DNA of 64,000 nt from a virus (taxonomy: Duplodnaviria > Heunggongvirae > Uroviricota > Caudoviricetes). Positions 11,797 to 20,828 of the stretch are shown piece by piece (positions within the stretch are counted from its first letter, which is position 1; each line of letters starts with the position of its first letter). The position numbers and the translations under genes were made by a program. Location: the IMG/VR virus record IMGVR_UViG_2909314774_000001. One strand, given 5' to 3'. The notes beneath the pieces were generated by a model that worked only from the letters and a program-made list of their open reading frames with translations, was not told the DNA's origin and ran no database searches.

Positions 11797-12369
11797 GTGG
11801 ATGGAAATACCGCGACAATTCAACAGCAGGCAACAGCTATTGCTGATACCAACAAAAAAGTGTCAACCGCGTGGACGTTGAAAATGGAAACTTCAACGAG
11901 CGGAGGGCAGAAGTATGTTGCTGGTATTGCGCTTGGTATCGACACCACTGGCCTTTCTCAGTTTTTGGTGCAGGCTGACAGGTTTGGTTTGGTCAACTCT
12001 GTTAACGGGAAGATCACAACGCCATTTGTTATCGAAAACAGTATCGCCTATATGAATGGAGCGTATATCAAGGATGGCACAATCACCAATGCAAAAGTAG
12101 GCGATCTGCAATCTACCAATTTTGTTAGCGGTAGATCTGGATGGCGGTTCGGCAAAAATGGAACGCTTGAGATCAACGGTAATAGCGGCGGCAATGGGCG
12201 ATTGGTTATAAATGGTCAGCGGATTGACGTTTATGACGATAACAACGTCTTACGAGTAAGAATTGGCCGTCTGTGATGGTGGAAAAAAAATTTTATATCG
12301 GTAAAAATAGGTAAGTATTTACTTAATGGCGGGCAAGGATAGCCCGCCAAATCAAGGAGCATATTCAAC

Positions 12370-15300
12370 ATGTGGTACAGGGAAGGTACTATCACATTTA
12401 CACAGGGTAGCAATACTCTGGTTGGGGCAGGGACAGCCTGGAACGTAACAGCTAATGGTGTGTTGCCGGGGATGATCGTCATTGGCCCCGACAATAAGCT
12501 GTATGAGATCAAGCGCGTAACCAGTGATACGAACATTGTTCTCTCAGAACCTTATACCGGCGAAACTCAGTCTGAAGTTCCGTGCCGAATCATTACGACC
12601 TATGAAGGCGACTTAACACAGTTTAGCGCGCGCTTTACAGCACTAATGTCGCGTATGTCGGCTGATTCCAAGTCCATGCGCAGTTGGTTGACTGCTCTGG
12701 ATGAGGTGACAATCGAGCGTGAAGACGGTACAGAAGTGACCGTTAAGCCGCTAATGCAGATCGTCAACGAGCACAACGAAAACGTTGAGTGGTATAAAAA
12801 TAACACTGACGCGATTGATGCTGCTGGCGACAAAGCTCGTGAGGCGGCGGCCAGTGCTGCCGCAGCAGCAGAAAGCGCCAATATCGCTGGAGAAAAAGCC
12901 TCTCAAGCGTCTCAAAGTGCATCCGCTGCGGCATCCTCACAAAGTGCCGCAAGTGCGAGTGCAACTGCTGCGAAAAAATCTGAAACGAATGCTGCAGCGT
13001 CACAAAAATCTGCAGCCACTTCTGCATCCACCGCGACCACGAAAGCGTCAGAAGCTGCCACCTCAGCCAGAGATGCGTCGGCTTCAAAAGAGGCGGCAAA
13101 ATCATCAGAAACGAGCGCAGCCTCCTCGGCAACAGCGGCAGGCAATTCCGCGAAGGCGGCAAAAACGTCCGAGACGAACGCCAGGTCTTCTGAAACGGCA
13201 GCGGGACAGAGTGCCTCAGCTGCGGCAGGCTCAAAAACAGCGGCTGCGTCGTCTGCCAGTGCCGCGTCAACAAGTGCCGGGCAGGCCTCATCCAGTGCCA
13301 CCGCCGCCGGAAAATCGGCAGAAAGTGCCGCATCGTCTGCTTCAACAGCCACAACGAAGGCTGGCGAAGCCACTGAACAGGCCAGCGCAGCAGCGAGGTC
13401 TGCTTCCGCAGCGAAGACATCCGAAACGAACGCGAAAGCGTCGGAAACCCGTGCAGAATCCTCAAAAACGGCAGCCGCATCGTCCGCCAGTTCGGCAGCG
13501 TCATCGGCATCATCTGCGTCTGCTTCAAAAGATGAGGCGACCAGACAGGCGTCAGCAGCGAAGGGCAGCGCCACGACGGCATCCACGAAAGCAACAGAGG
13601 CGGCAGGCAGTGCGACGGCAGCATCTCAGAGCAAAACTGCTGCTGAATCCGCTGCGACCCGTGCGGAAGCTGCTGCTGATCGTGCTGAAGAGATTGCCGG
13701 TGCAGTTGCGATGGAAGACGCAAGCCTTACAACTAAAGGTGTTGTGAAACTTAGCAGTGCTGTCGATAGCACCAGCGAATCACTGGCTGCAACTCCAAAG
13801 GCAGTTAAAGCTGCGAATGACAATGCGAATAGCCGATTGGCGAAGAATCAGAATGGCGCTGATATCCCAGACAAGGGCCGCTTCCTGAGTAACATTAATG
13901 TTTACAGCAAAGGTGAAGTGGATAAGAAAAAGGGGATGCGAAAATACACTTTCTCTGCTCCTGCAAATGCAGTAAGCGGTAAGTGGTATCCTGTAGTCTT
14001 TCGCCGAACTGGTGGTGGCACAGATGAATTAGCCTCACGAGTGGTTATCACCACTTATTCCTCAGCTGGCGGATACGCCATGAATAATTGTGAATTTAAT
14101 GGGTTTGTTATGCCTGGCGGTTGGTCTGATCGCGGTTCATATGCGGCTGGTTTTTTCTCAATATATTCTACTGCTGAGCGAGCTATACACTCGATTATCG
14201 CAAGCGTGAAAGATGATGATTTGTGTAGTGTATTTTACGTTGAGACAAGAGCATTCCCTATCCAGATTTTTGCTGAGGAAGGATTAAATGTGATTGTTCC
14301 AACGGCTGATTATGCAGTTGGTCAAACCACTTATAAGTGGGGGGCAACTGATCCTTTATCAGAAAGTACGAATGCACAGATAATTTTGGACTTTAAAAAT
14401 GGACGAGGTTATTACTGTTCACATCCATTTATTTCAAGTCTTTCAGGAAATGCTGCTACAGCCACGAAATTGCAGACGGCAAGATCTATCGGTGGAGTTG
14501 TTTTCGACGGTTCTGCAAATATTAACCTTCCAGGTGTAAACACTACGGGTAATCAGAACACCACTGGTAATGCTGCAACTGCTACAAAACTTCAGACTGC
14601 AAGAAAAATATCCGGTGTTCCATTTGATGGTTCTACTGATATCACTTTAACCGCCGCGCATGTTGCCGCTTTCGCAAGAAGAGCAACAGGGTCATATGCT
14701 GATGCTGATGGCGGCGTGCCGTGGAATGCTGAATCTGGTGCTTATAATGTAACTAGAACGGGCGACAGTTATATTCTTGCCAACTTTTATACTGGTGTAG
14801 GTAGTTGCCGTACGCTTCAAATTAAGGCTAACTATAAAAATGGTGGGTTGTTTTATCGTTCATCTCGCGATGGCTATGGTTTTGAAAGTGGTTGGGAGCA
14901 GGTTTACACGACTGGATTTAGACCTCAGCCGGCTGATATAAACGCACCAACCGCTGCCGACGGATGGTTAAATAGTGGTAACGGAACAGCATTTACGACT
15001 GCTCAGTTTATAACGTGGCTAAATAATCAGGGTGCATTTTCAAACAAATATTGGATTGCACGGTGCTCATGGTATTACGCCAACAATAATTATATAGACG
15101 ACACTGGTTGCGGTAGGATCGATCTATCTGGTTCCGTGATTGAGGTGTTTAGTAATAAGACAACAAGCAATTACACTATTCGTGTTACAACGACAACAAC
15201 ATCGGGTCATGGTGGCGTTAATAATGCGGAATTTATTTATGTGTACAATGGCAGTGATTACTCGCCAGGCTGGCGTCGTTCTTATAATACTAGAAACAAA

Positions 15301-17655
15301 CCAACAGCTTCTGATGTAGGAGCATTATCGCTTTCTGGAGGAGCGTTAACTGGCGGATTAACTGCTGCTGGCGAGATTATTTCAAAATCGGCGAATGGTC
15401 TGCGCATTGCCTACGGAAACTACGGATTCTTTATCCGAAACGATGGTTCAAGCACATACTTCATGTTGACCGATTCGGGTAACAGCCTGGGAACCTATAA
15501 TAGTTTAAGGCCGCTTATCATTAACAATGCCAATGGTGCTGTTAGGATCGGTAATGGACTCAATGTTACTGGCGGCATCAATGGTAGTTTGAACGGTAAT
15601 GCTTCAACAGCTACGAAGTTGCAAACAGCGAGAAACATCAATGGTGTTAAGTTTGATGGTTCAGGCGATATCAATATTAATACATTGGTATCTCGTGGCC
15701 GAGTTACGGCGTTAAGCGGCTCTACTCAAGGCACTGCTGGCATTCAAATGTATGAGGCGTACAACAATAGCTACCCGACCACGTATGGCAACGTATTGCA
15801 CATGAAAGGTGCGAGTGCTGCTGGTGAGGGCGAGTTGCTTATTGGCTGGAGCGGAACGGATGGTGCTCATGCACCGGTTTATGTTCGTTCACGCCGTGAT
15901 ACTTCGACAGCGAATTGGTCTGGTTGGGCGCAGGTCTATACCACTGCTCATAAACCCACAGCGAAAGATGTTGGGGCTGCACAGACGTTTAGCGCGTCAT
16001 ACAGTACTGGGGCTGGCAACTGGACTACCGCTGAATTTATCGCATGGCTGAAGGAGCGTGGTGCTTTCGCCGTACCGTATTGGATGATGAAAGGCTCTTG
16101 GTCATATGCCGACAATAAAATTATCACTGATACAGGTGTCGGCAATATTTGTCTTGCTGGTGCGGTTATCGAGGTTTTAGGTCACGAAGGCGCAATGACC
16201 ATCCGAGTTACTACGCCTACAACGACAACCGGAGGTGGTATTGCCAGTGCTCAGTTCACCTATATTAATCACGGTAGCGCGTATGCCCCTGCCTGGCGCA
16301 GAGATTACAACACGACTCTCAAACCAACTGCGGCTGATGTTGGTGCGTTGCCGAGCGGTGGCGGCACACTTTCCGGCGCACTCACATTATCTATGGTTGC
16401 GCCGAGTGTTCAATTACGAGGGCAAGGTACTGATACCAGGCAGTACATCATGGCTTACAGAACCGATGGTGCTACATCATGGTATGTAGGTAAGGCTAAC
16501 AACGGCTCTGATAGCGCGATGCTCTGGAACTATACGGGGGCAAACGGAGTCGAGTTGGCTGCCGATGGCAATGTGCGCATTAATGCGAAGGGTAAGCAGT
16601 TTACGTTCGCAAACAACGGCAATTTGGGGCTTGTCGCTTCGTTGGATCAAAGTTCTGTTCCACAGGGCATTTACCATCAAGTTGCTATGAACTCTGGAAC
16701 CAGAGGTGCTAAATCCTATCTTCGTAAGTTCAGGGGTGGGAACGCAGATACCGTCTGGCATGAAACCGTTCAAGACGGAAATTACCGACTTGCTACTGGT
16801 GACACTGATTCTCAGGGTGAAATGTACCTTTCGACTTCGGGTTGGGTTCGTTTCCGTGGTGAAGTTGTTTCAGAATCGGCCAATGGTTTGCGAGCCGCAT
16901 TCGGTAACTTCGGTTTCTTTATCCGAAATGATGGAACGAACACTTATTTCCTTTTGACAGCTTCAGGTGACAAGTACGGTTCTTGGAATGGTTTGCGGCC
17001 TCTGACTATCAACAATGTCAGTGGCGCAGTGTCAATGAGCAACGGACTAACTGTTGCTGGTGGACTTAATGTAACGAGCGGAAACCTGAAAATCTCGACG
17101 TCCAGCACATCGTGGATCGACATGAGAGCAGGCGTAGCCCTTTCGAACTCTTCAGCTGTTTCGACGTCATCCGCTTCGGCGATAGTCCGTCAAGAACACG
17201 CCGATCGCCATTTCATTCTTGGCGGTTTGGGTAACTCGCAGTTCGGGATTTACATGATTAACAAATCTCGAACTGCGAACGGCACTGACGCTGCCGCTTA
17301 TCTCCAGAACGACGGCACTTGGGTTTGCGCAGGCAACGGTAGTTTTAATGACGTTTACATCCGTTCCGACCGCCGTAGTAAGCGCAATATTCGCAAAATT
17401 GAGCGGGCGCTCGACAAGCTGGAGCAGATCGAAGGTGTTCTCTACGAGATTCAGGTCTGTGGCCGTTATGAGCAGTCTGGTGGCCTCATCGCTCAGGATG
17501 TCCAGAATGTTCAGCCTGAACTGGTAACGGTCGACCATAACGATCAGTCAGGAGAGCCTCGTCTGCGTCTTAACTACAACGGCGTTATCGGCATGTTGGT
17601 TGAGGCTGTCAAAGAGCTGCGCGAGGAAGTGCGCGAACTGAAGGCAAAAATGTAA
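12370..17655 (+). CDS. side tail fibre protein (lambda Stf-like N-terminus and shaft, C-terminal S74-type intramolecular chaperone)
   Basis: Residues ~160-480 closely resemble the Ala/Ser-rich shaft of lambda Stf (KTSETNAAASQKSAATSASTATTKASEAATSARDA...ATPKAVK). C-terminal ~120 aa (SDRRSKRNIRKIERALDKLEQIEGVLYEIQ...LVEAVKELREEVRELKAKM) looks like the autoproteolytic chaperone domain found in endosialidase-type fibres. RBS CAAGGAG precedes the ATG. Confidence 0.85.
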   Translation: MWYREGTITFTQGSNTLVGAGTAWNVTANGVLPGMIVIGPDNKLYEIKRVTSDTNIVLSEPYTGETQSEVPCRIITTYEGDLTQFSARFTALMSRMSADSKSMRSWLTALDEVTIEREDGTEVTVKPLMQIVNEHNENVEWYKNNTDAIDAAGDKAREAAASAAAAAESANIAGEKASQASQSASAAASSQSAASASATAAKKSETNAAASQKSAATSASTATTKASEAATSARDASASKEAAKSSETSAASSATAAGNSAKAAKTSETNARSSETAAGQSASAAAGSKTAAASSASAASTSAGQASSSATAAGKSAESAASSASTATTKAGEATEQASAAARSASAAKTSETNAKASETRAESSKTAAASSASSAASSASSASASKDEATRQASAAKGSATTASTKATEAAGSATAASQSKTAAESAATRAEAAADRAEEIAGAVAMEDASLTTKGVVKLSSAVDSTSESLAATPKAVKAANDNANSRLAKNQNGADIPDKGRFLSNINVYSKGEVDKKKGMRKYTFSAPANAVSGKWYPVVFRRTGGGTDELASRVVITTYSSAGGYAMNNCEFNGFVMPGGWSDRGSYAAGFFSIYSTAERAIHSIIASVKDDDLCSVFYVETRAFPIQIFAEEGLNVIVPTADYAVGQTTYKWGATDPLSESTNAQIILDFKNGRGYYCSHPFISSLSGNAATATKLQTARSIGGVVFDGSANINLPGVNTTGNQNTTGNAATATKLQTARKISGVPFDGSTDITLTAAHVAAFARRATGSYADADGGVPWNAESGAYNVTRTGDSYILANFYTGVGSCRTLQIKANYKNGGLFYRSSRDGYGFESGWEQVYTTGFRPQPADINAPTAADGWLNSGNGTAFTTAQFITWLNNQGAFSNKYWIARCSWYYANNNYIDDTGCGRIDLSGSVIEVFSNKTTSNYTIRVTTTTTSGHGGVNNAEFIYVYNGSDYSPGWRRSYNTRNKPTASDVGALSLSGGALTGGLTAAGEIISKSANGLRIAYGNYGFFIRNDGSSTYFMLTDSGNSLGTYNSLRPLIINNANGAVRIGNGLNVTGGINGSLNGNASTATKLQTARNINGVKFDGSGDININTLVSRGRVTALSGSTQGTAGIQMYEAYNNSYPTTYGNVLHMKGASAAGEGELLIGWSGTDGAHAPVYVRSRRDTSTANWSGWAQVYTTAHKPTAKDVGAAQTFSASYSTGAGNWTTAEFIAWLKERGAFAVPYWMMKGSWSYADNKIITDTGVGNICLAGAVIEVLGHEGAMTIRVTTPTTTTGGGIASAQFTYINHGSAYAPAWRRDYNTTLKPTAADVGALPSGGGTLSGALTLSMVAPSVQLRGQGTDTRQYIMAYRTDGATSWYVGKANNGSDSAMLWNYTGANGVELAADGNVRINAKGKQFTFANNGNLGLVASLDQSSVPQGIYHQVAMNSGTRGAKSYLRKFRGGNADTVWHETVQDGNYRLATGDTDSQGEMYLSTSGWVRFRGEVVSESANGLRAAFGNFGFFIRNDGTNTYFLLTASGDKYGSWNGLRPLTINNVSGAVSMSNGLTVAGGLNVTSGNLKISTSSTSWIDMRAGVALSNSSAVSTSSASAIVRQEHADRHFILGGLGNSQFGIYMINKSRTANGTDAAAYLQNDGTWVCAGNGSFNDVYIRSDRRSKRNIRKIERALDKLEQIEGVLYEIQVCGRYEQSGGLIAQDVQNVQPELVTVDHNDQSGEPRLRLNYNGVIGMLVEAVKELREEVRELKAKM

Positions 17656-17721
17656 TCAAGGTGAATGGTGAGGGGCCACCCTCACCAATTCAGGATATTC
17701 ACATCAAAAAGGAGATTAGAT

Positions 17722-18504
17722 GTGCCAATTGTCGGTGTTCCCGGTTGGATTGGGTCTTCGGCTGTCAGTGTGACAGGCCAGAGATGGATGAGTGCGGCTC
17801 GAACGGCGGTGCAACTGCCAGCGGCTGGTTCAATGTCTCAAATGGCCGGGCGATCTAAAGAAGTTCAGTACAGCATCGGTGCGAATCATAACTACAACAA
17901 AGACACACTGATCAACTATTTAAAATCCCAGGGGGCGACGCCAGTCGTTGTTACCATTACAGGGGATCTGGTGTCGTCCAGTAGCGGCGTGCCATGTTTA
18001 GATTTCCCGAGTTCACTTACCAACTCTTATATCAGCCTTGTAATCAACGCAGGTGTGACTGTCTATGGACGCGGTGGCAATGGTGGTAGTAACGCTGCCG
18101 GTGCTGCTGGTGGTAACGCAATTAATAATGGCATCGGTACACGCTTGCGTATTACGAATAATGGTGCAATCGCTGGAGGTGGCGGCGGCGGTGGCGGCGG
18201 TAACAGGGGTAAACTAATATTTGGTGGTGGCGGTGGTCGCCCATTCGGTGCTGGTGGGTCTTCCTCTCATATGAGTTCCGGTGCAACTGCTGGTACTATT
18301 TCCGCTCCTGGTAAAGGATCTGTTGGTGAGGGGTCTCTTAGTGCATATACAGGCGGTTCGGGTGGTAATGTCGGTGCTGCTGGAGGAAGATGTAATACTC
18401 AAGGTAACGGTACAGAATATAACGGCGGAGCAGCTGGTAAAGCCGTAACTGGCAACGCGCCTACATGGACTAAAGCTGGGGCAATTTACGGCGCTCATGT
18501 GTAA
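17722..18504 (+). CDS. glycine-rich protein, possible gp38-like tail-fibre adhesin
   Basis: GTG start with AAAGGAG RBS 7 nt upstream; C-terminal half is made of poly-Gly motifs (GGGGGGGGGNRGK, FGGGGGRPFGAGG, GGSGGNVGAAGG) separated by short variable segments; sits immediately 3' of the fibre gene. Confidence 0.45.
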   Translation: MPIVGVPGWIGSSAVSVTGQRWMSAARTAVQLPAAGSMSQMAGRSKEVQYSIGANHNYNKDTLINYLKSQGATPVVVTITGDLVSSSSGVPCLDFPSSLTNSYISLVINAGVTVYGRGGNGGSNAAGAAGGNAINNGIGTRLRITNNGAIAGGGGGGGGGNRGKLIFGGGGGRPFGAGGSSSHMSSGATAGTISAPGKGSVGEGSLSAYTGGSGGNVGAAGGRCNTQGNGTEYNGGAAGKAVTGNAPTWTKAGAIYGAHV

Positions 18505-18578
18505 GTACTTACCTACCAAGTGTGGGCGTTTTATGATATAAAACCGCCATCCCGATTTGACGATTCATGGAGGAAATA

Positions 18579-18902
18579 ATGTCGAACGAGATGGCAGGCG
18601 TAACGCCAGAGCAGGTAGAGCGCATTGCCGCTATCGTTGCGCGTGAAGTTGTCGGCAAATTAGGTAAGGAGTTGCGTGAGGAAATTGGCCAGGAGGTCAA
18701 CGACCAGCTCAAAACCTACTTTGGCGATATGACGCCTTCGCAACACAGCATTCAGCACTCCAACCTGGACAAACTACTTAATCGGCTAGACGCCATCTCC
18801 AGCGGGTTCTTTGGCGGCATTATCTCAAAGATAACGTCGTTCCTGATTACCGCGCTGCTGCTGGGTCTGGCCGCTTATGGCGTGAAGAATGGACTGCAAT
18901 AA
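18579..18902 (+). CDS. small membrane protein, holin candidate
   Basis: GGAGG RBS; hydrophilic N-terminus then a C-terminal hydrophobic helix (FFGGIISKITSFLITALLLGLAAYGV); first gene of the putative lysis cassette. Confidence 0.35.
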   Translation: MSNEMAGVTPEQVERIAAIVAREVVGKLGKELREEIGQEVNDQLKTYFGDMTPSQHSIQHSNLDKLLNRLDAISSGFFGGIISKITSFLITALLLGLAAYGVKNGLQ

Positions 18903-18914
18903 CAGGAGATCAAG

Positions 18915-19608
18915 GATGAAAACTCCGAGAGGCATTCGTAATAACAACCCTGGCAACCTCGACAAAGGTTCGCCGTGGCAGGGGCTAATCGACAACCCTG
19001 CCGAACCGCGCTTTTGCACGTTTAAAGACCCTGTTTGGGGGATTCGTGCGCTGGCGGTGACTCTAATTACCTACCACGATAAACGTCGCGCAAAAGACGG
19101 CACAAGTATCGATACCATTCGTGAAGTTATTGAACGTTGGGCACCGCCGAATGAAAACAACACTGACGCCTACATTAATGAGGTGTCTAAAGCCGTTGGT
19201 GTAACCGCAGACATGATCATCGATCTGCATGATTACGACATTCTTCGACCTTTGGTTGAGGCAATCATTCGCCATGAGAATGGGCGAGGTCCGCTAAAAA
19301 CGCTGAACACCTGGTATGCGGCAGAAGTTATTGAGGAAGGTCTGCGTCGAGCTGGCGTCGTTAAGCCGGTGAAAACCGTGAAGGCTGTTCCTGTAACTAA
19401 AGAAACTGCAGGCGCAACTGTTACAGCAGGTATTGGTCTGGCGCAGCTGGCCGATGTTATGCCGCAGGTTTCCGCTGCTATGGATAAAGCACAAGGTCAT
19501 ATCTCTAGCGGGGATACAGTACGCATCATCTTCGGTATTGCCACTATTGTTGTGGCAGGATTCATTGCCTGGTCGCAGGTAAGAAAACACCAGAAAGGGA
19601 TGGTCTAA
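18915..19608 (+). CDS. lysis-cassette protein with C-terminal membrane anchor (possible cell-wall hydrolase)
   Basis: AGGAG RBS; N-terminal RNNNPGNL...W motif region; C-terminal TM helix IIFGIATIVVAGFIAW; position between holin candidate and spanins. No catalytic motif I can name with certainty. Confidence 0.3.
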
Positions 19609-19609
19609 T

Positions 19610-19861
19610 ATGCTAGGCAGCCTGATGACAAAGCTAAAAGTTGCTTTGATTACGCTGGCTGCCGTTCTTTTCGTTCTTGTCGGCGCTTACACGATGGGCG
19701 GGAATGCGGCGCGACGAGCAATGGAAGAGAAGGCAAAACAGGAAGACAGAAAACGACTTCAAAACACAGTGAAAGTGGTGAATGAGACGAGCAGTAAAAT
19801 ACGTCAGAAAGATGCTTCTGCCGTTCATCGTGAGTTGTATGATAAGTGGGTGCGTCATTAA
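19610..19861 (+). CDS. i-spanin (Rz-like)
   Basis: 83 aa, N-terminal TM helix (LKVALITLAAVLFVLVGAY) followed by charged coiled-coil-like region; overlapped at its 3' end by a lipoprotein ORF in another frame. Confidence 0.6.
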   Translation: MLGSLMTKLKVALITLAAVLFVLVGAYTMGGNAARRAMEEKAKQEDRKRLQNTVKVVNETSSKIRQKDASAVHRELYDKWVRH

Positions 19862-19997
19862 ACCACAAACAGCCAGCGTGTTGTTCTGCGATGGGGCTGA
19901 GCCTATCTATATCAGCAATAATGATGTAATGACTGAAGAAACCGAACGCCAAATCCTTTTTCACAATACGATGGGAGAGAGGGTTTGTGGTTGGTGA
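19812..19997 (+). CDS. o-spanin (Rz1-like outer membrane lipoprotein)
   Basis: Signal peptide MLLPFIVSCMISGC with lipobox ISG-C; overlaps the last ~50 nt of the Rz-like gene out of frame, the classic Rz/Rz1 arrangement. Confidence 0.5.
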   Translation: MLLPFIVSCMISGCVIKPQTASVLFCDGAEPIYISNNDVMTEETERQILFHNTMGERVCGW

Positions 19998-20029
19998 TGT
20001 CGAAGTTCCCCTCAAATGAGGGGAACACA

Positions 20030-20551
20030 TTATTCTTCGAACAATTTTTCGATAGATTTTGTAGGATAGAACAAAGAACGCTCGTTGTTACCAACCAGCT
20101 GGATAAAGCCTAAACTTTTATAAAACGCCTTGGCTTTGTCATTTAACGCCTCAACGAAAAGTCCATGAATGCCTACAGCAAGAGATGCATTGTACACAAC
20201 GCGCATTGCATGTGTTACAAGCATTGAGCCAAATCCTTGACCTTGAAGGGACTTGTCCAAAGCCAGCCTACCCAAAGTAACACTTGGAACATTCCGATAA
20301 GGAACCTTCTTTTGTTTGCTTCTTGAAGGTAAGGACTCCTTTTCAAAACAACTACCTGACAAAGTGTAATATCCTAACACTTTTGGCCTTTCTTCTTGAG
20401 TGCAAAGCACATAAGCACGAAGAATTTTTCCCTCATGCTGCCTTTTTAAGTGGTTGGCTAAAAAGGCGTTTAGTGACTCTTCGCCGCAATCAAAACCGTT
20501 TAGATCATAATCTTTCTCTCCAGAGAAAATCTCTATCGTTGTATTGCTCAC
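20030..20551 (-). CDS. GNAT-family acetyltransferase toxin (TacT/KacT/AtaT-like)
   Basis: 173 aa with GNAT acetyl-CoA binding signature (LALDKSLQGQGFGSMLV); immediately downstream (8-nt gap) of a DUF1778-type RHH antitoxin gene. Confidence 0.75.
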   Translation of the reverse strand: MSNTTIEIFSGEKDYDLNGFDCGEESLNAFLANHLKRQHEGKILRAYVLCTQEERPKVLGYYTLSGSCFEKESLPSRSKQKKVPYRNVPSVTLGRLALDKSLQGQGFGSMLVTHAMRVVYNASLAVGIHGLFVEALNDKAKAFYKSLGFIQLVGNNERSLFYPTKSIEKLFEE

Positions 20552-20558
20552 GAGTAAA

Positions 20559-20828
20559 CTACTCCATGCTTTTCAGACGATCAGCAGCTCGTTTCAGCTT
20601 GTCGTTCGGTGCCGGAGGATTGCTTATAGCGTCCATAACCAGATTCCAGGATTCTTCATTCAGAACTAGTCTACGGTGTTGCTCTATAACTTTCACGGCA
20701 CGTTCAGATGCACTGCTAACCATAAACTGAGTAATGCTCTGGTTAGACATTGCGGCAGCTTCCTCGATGATGCTTTTATCGTCATCGGTTAATCTCAAAT
20801 CGATGCGCTGCTTTTTTAGTGCTGACAT
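20559..20828 (-). CDS. RHH antitoxin (TacA/KacA-like, DUF1778)
   Basis: ~89 aa from MSALKKQRIDLRLTDDDKSIIEEAA (AGGAGG RBS 6 nt upstream); N-terminal ribbon-helix-helix and C-terminal PAPN-type tail typical of antitoxins paired with GNAT toxins. Confidence 0.7.
   Translation of the reverse strand: MSALKKQRIDLRLTDDDKSIIEEAAAMSNQSITQFMVSSASERAVKVIEQHRRLVLNEESWNLVMDAISNPPAPNDKLKRAADRLKSME

Larger units (their letters stand above)
6773..12276 (+). pseudogene. host specificity / central tail fibre protein J, interrupted by IS1
   Basis: 6773-10048 reads as the N-terminal two thirds of a lambda J homologue (SEQFGS, RGLKIRVPSNYN, WDGTFK, YCDxxVDDGFGG, AFGCTSRGQAHRVGLWLL). The frame stops at a TGA 22 nt inside the IS1 terminal repeat. 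The same frame resumes after IS1 (10795 onward) and ends with the J C-terminal region (KYVAGIALGIDTTGLSQFLVQADRFGLVN). Removing IS1 plus one 8-bp duplication (776 bp) restores one continuous frame by my count. Confidence 0.8.

Noticed and set aside
12600-13823. Long ORFs on both strands (e.g. 12764-13723 minus, 12785-13747 plus, 12912-13586 minus) overlapping the fibre gene
   Set aside because: They lie inside the Ala/Ser-rich GC-rich repeat region of the Stf-like gene, where stop codons are rare in all frames; their translations are low-complexity (poly-Ala or Pro/Arg/Gln-rich) with no start signals.
17661-17858. 65-aa Cys-rich ORF at the start of the glycine-rich gene region
   Set aside because: Overlaps the better-supported GTG-initiated glycine-rich ORF (RBS AAAGGAG at 17708-17714 serves the other frame); no independent support.
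1-20000. Assignment of the structural module to a T5-like phage (because of tRNAs, NrdAB, flap endonuclease and a large fibre with chaperone domain)
   Set aside because: The tail-tip genes are lambda-type (M, L, K with JAMM/NlpC, I, J) and the side fibre shaft matches lambda Stf; T5 pb2/pb3/pb4 organisation is not seen.
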